Shown piece by piece: positions 63,095 to 64,000 of a DNA stretch of 64,000 nucleotides. Source of the stretch: an uncultured Bdellovibrionales bacterium (GTDB lineage: Bacteria > Bdellovibrionota > Bdellovibrionia > Bdellovibrionales > SG-bin7); the NCBI GenBank assembly GCA_964498095.1, contig CAZCFY010000002.1, forward strand, positions 74,298-138,297, written 5' to 3'. Numbering within the stretch: the stretch's first letter is position 1; the number at the start of each line of letters is the position of its first letter. The notes under the pieces were generated by a model that saw only the letters and a list, made by a program, of their open reading frames with translations, searched no databases and had not been told where the DNA came from. Made by a program: the position numbers and the translations under genes.

Positions 63095-64000
63095 ATTTAC
63101 TTGGCTCCGCTGAATTTAAAGTGGGCATCATGGTCATCGCCGTGCTCGCGATCATTGGCGTTATGTCAATGAAAGTCAGTGAGAATCCCGAAATTCTTCA
63201 CAAAAACAAAGAGGCTTGGTTTCTTTTAAAAGACGCCAGCGGACTCATTAAAAACTCAGGCATCAAAATGGCGGGCGTAAATGTTGGGACCATCAAGGAT
63301 ATTCGCTTACAAGATGGTATGGCGCGCATTGATATCAAAGTTTCCGGAGATATTCCACTTACCACGAGCACTTCCGCCGAACTCAGAGCCAATGGCATAC
63401 TTGGCGATAAGTATATCGAGATCGTTCCGGGAAATCCACAGGACCCAGCACTTCCCGAGGGTGGGCAAATTACCCGTACCGTAGACCATGGTTCCATGAA
63501 CGTGGTAATGAACGAGATTTCGAAAGTCGCCAGCGCGTTTTCAAATATCGCGGAAAAGTTAAAAACGGCTACAGATGATAAACCGGATCAAAATCAGCCT
63601 ATTGGCCGCATCGTTAAAAATATTGAAAATCTGACCCATGACCTCGCCGAAATTACCAGCCACAATAAAGGTAAAATTAACGAAATCATTGACCGTGCTA
63701 ATAAAATCGCCGGAACTTTAGATGGTGTGATCAATGATAATTCCGAAGAGGGCTTTAAGCAGACCTGGAAACGTGTCATGAAAAGTCTCAATCGCCTTGA
63801 TGTGGTGATGAAAAACGCGGAAGAAGTTTCAGATAAAATTAACAGCGGCAAAGGTACGATTGGCCGTTTGATTAATGATGATGCTACCGTGGAAAAAATT
63901 GAAACCGCGGTAGAAAAAGTATCAAGTGTGTTCGATACGGCAACAGCCATCGAAACAAGTTTTGATTTCCACTCGGAATTTATGACAAAGGCGGGCGAAG
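63091..64000 (+). CDS. mlaD: MCE-domain substrate-binding protein MlaD-like, 3' end cut off by window edge (absent from ORF track)
   Basis: ATG 63091 overlaps the mlaF stop (ATGA). I translated the frame by hand and it stays open to base 64000. N-terminal TM helix (VGIMVIAVLAIIGV) and MCE core IKMAGVNVGTIKDIRL...ELRANGILGDKYIEIVPG. Confidence 0.8.
   Translation, partial: MNLLGSAEFKVGIMVIAVLAIIGVMSMKVSENPEILHKNKEAWFLLKDASGLIKNSGIKMAGVNVGTIKDIRLQDGMARIDIKVSGDIPLTTSTSAELRANGILGDKYIEIVPGNPQDPALPEGGQITRTVDHGSMNVVMNEISKVASAFSNIAEKLKTATDDKPDQNQPIGRIVKNIENLTHDLAEITSHNKGKINEIIDRANKIAGTLDGVINDNSEEGFKQTWKRVMKSLNRLDVVMKNAEEVSDKINSGKGTIGRLINDDATVEKIETAVEKVSSVFDTATAIETSFDFHSEFMTKAGE

Noticed and set aside
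1-64000. Search by eye for tRNA, rRNA, tmRNA, RNase P, SRP RNA and CRISPR arrays
   Set aside because: No cloverleaf-compatible sequence with a GTTCGAATC-type T-arm, no rRNA-like conserved block and no spaced repeat array was seen in any intergenic region. A proper tRNAscan/Infernal run is still needed to exclude small RNAs.

Overview
64-kb chromosomal window from a Gram-negative bacterium, roughly 45-50% GC by eye. The gene content (a PEGA-domain Ser/Thr kinase, many lipoproteins and beta-barrels, prepilin-like proteins) is most reminiscent of Bdellovibrionota or delta-proteobacteria-like lineages. That placement is inference only. No search was run, and all family calls come from motifs read directly in the translations. 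Layout: (1) 1-8.3 kb, the distal dcw cell-division cluster murC-murB-[2 inserted genes]-ddl-ftsQ-ftsA-ftsZ, followed by lpxH. (2) 8-22 kb, housekeeping genes (recN, nadK, M3 peptidase, acyl-CoA ligase, Ser/Thr kinase, coaE) mixed with secreted, lipoprotein and beta-barrel genes, including a Tyr/Gly/Cys-rich lipoprotein. (3) 22.5-30.8 kb, an accessory-looking outer-membrane module. It holds three paralogous FadL-like barrels, two paralogous lipoproteins, a tail-collar-domain lipoprotein and a RAYT/IS200-like HUH transposase whose 3' end contains a perfect 66-bp tandem duplication. (4) 30.9-36.5 kb, an AddB/AddA-type helicase-nuclease pair. (5) 36.7-48.1 kb, the most system-like region. It is an eight-gene, translationally coupled envelope operon carrying seven CXXCH motifs in four proteins. 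Its parts are planctomycete-type cytochrome-like modules, a 7-bladed FG-GAP propeller, LamG, Calx-beta, a Tat-signal DUF1501-like protein, a beta-barrel with two N-terminal CXXCH motifs, and a zinc-ribbon/methyltransferase/PqqD-like cytoplasmic protein. I know of no described function for this combination. (6) 50.2-54.5 kb, a loosely packed, somewhat AT-richer island on the minus strand. It has two prepilin-like proteins lacking Glu+5, orphan secreted proteins, and a GC-rich palindromic element present in inverted copies either side of one pilin-like gene. (7) 54.6-64 kb, a Nudix hydrolase, nadB, a degenerate sensor-kinase-like protein paired with a receiver plus degenerate GGDEF (intact I-site) protein, alr, and mlaE-mlaF-mlaD. 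mlaD runs off the window end and is missing from the ORF track. I found no rRNA, tRNA, CRISPR array or recognisable anti-phage defence system.
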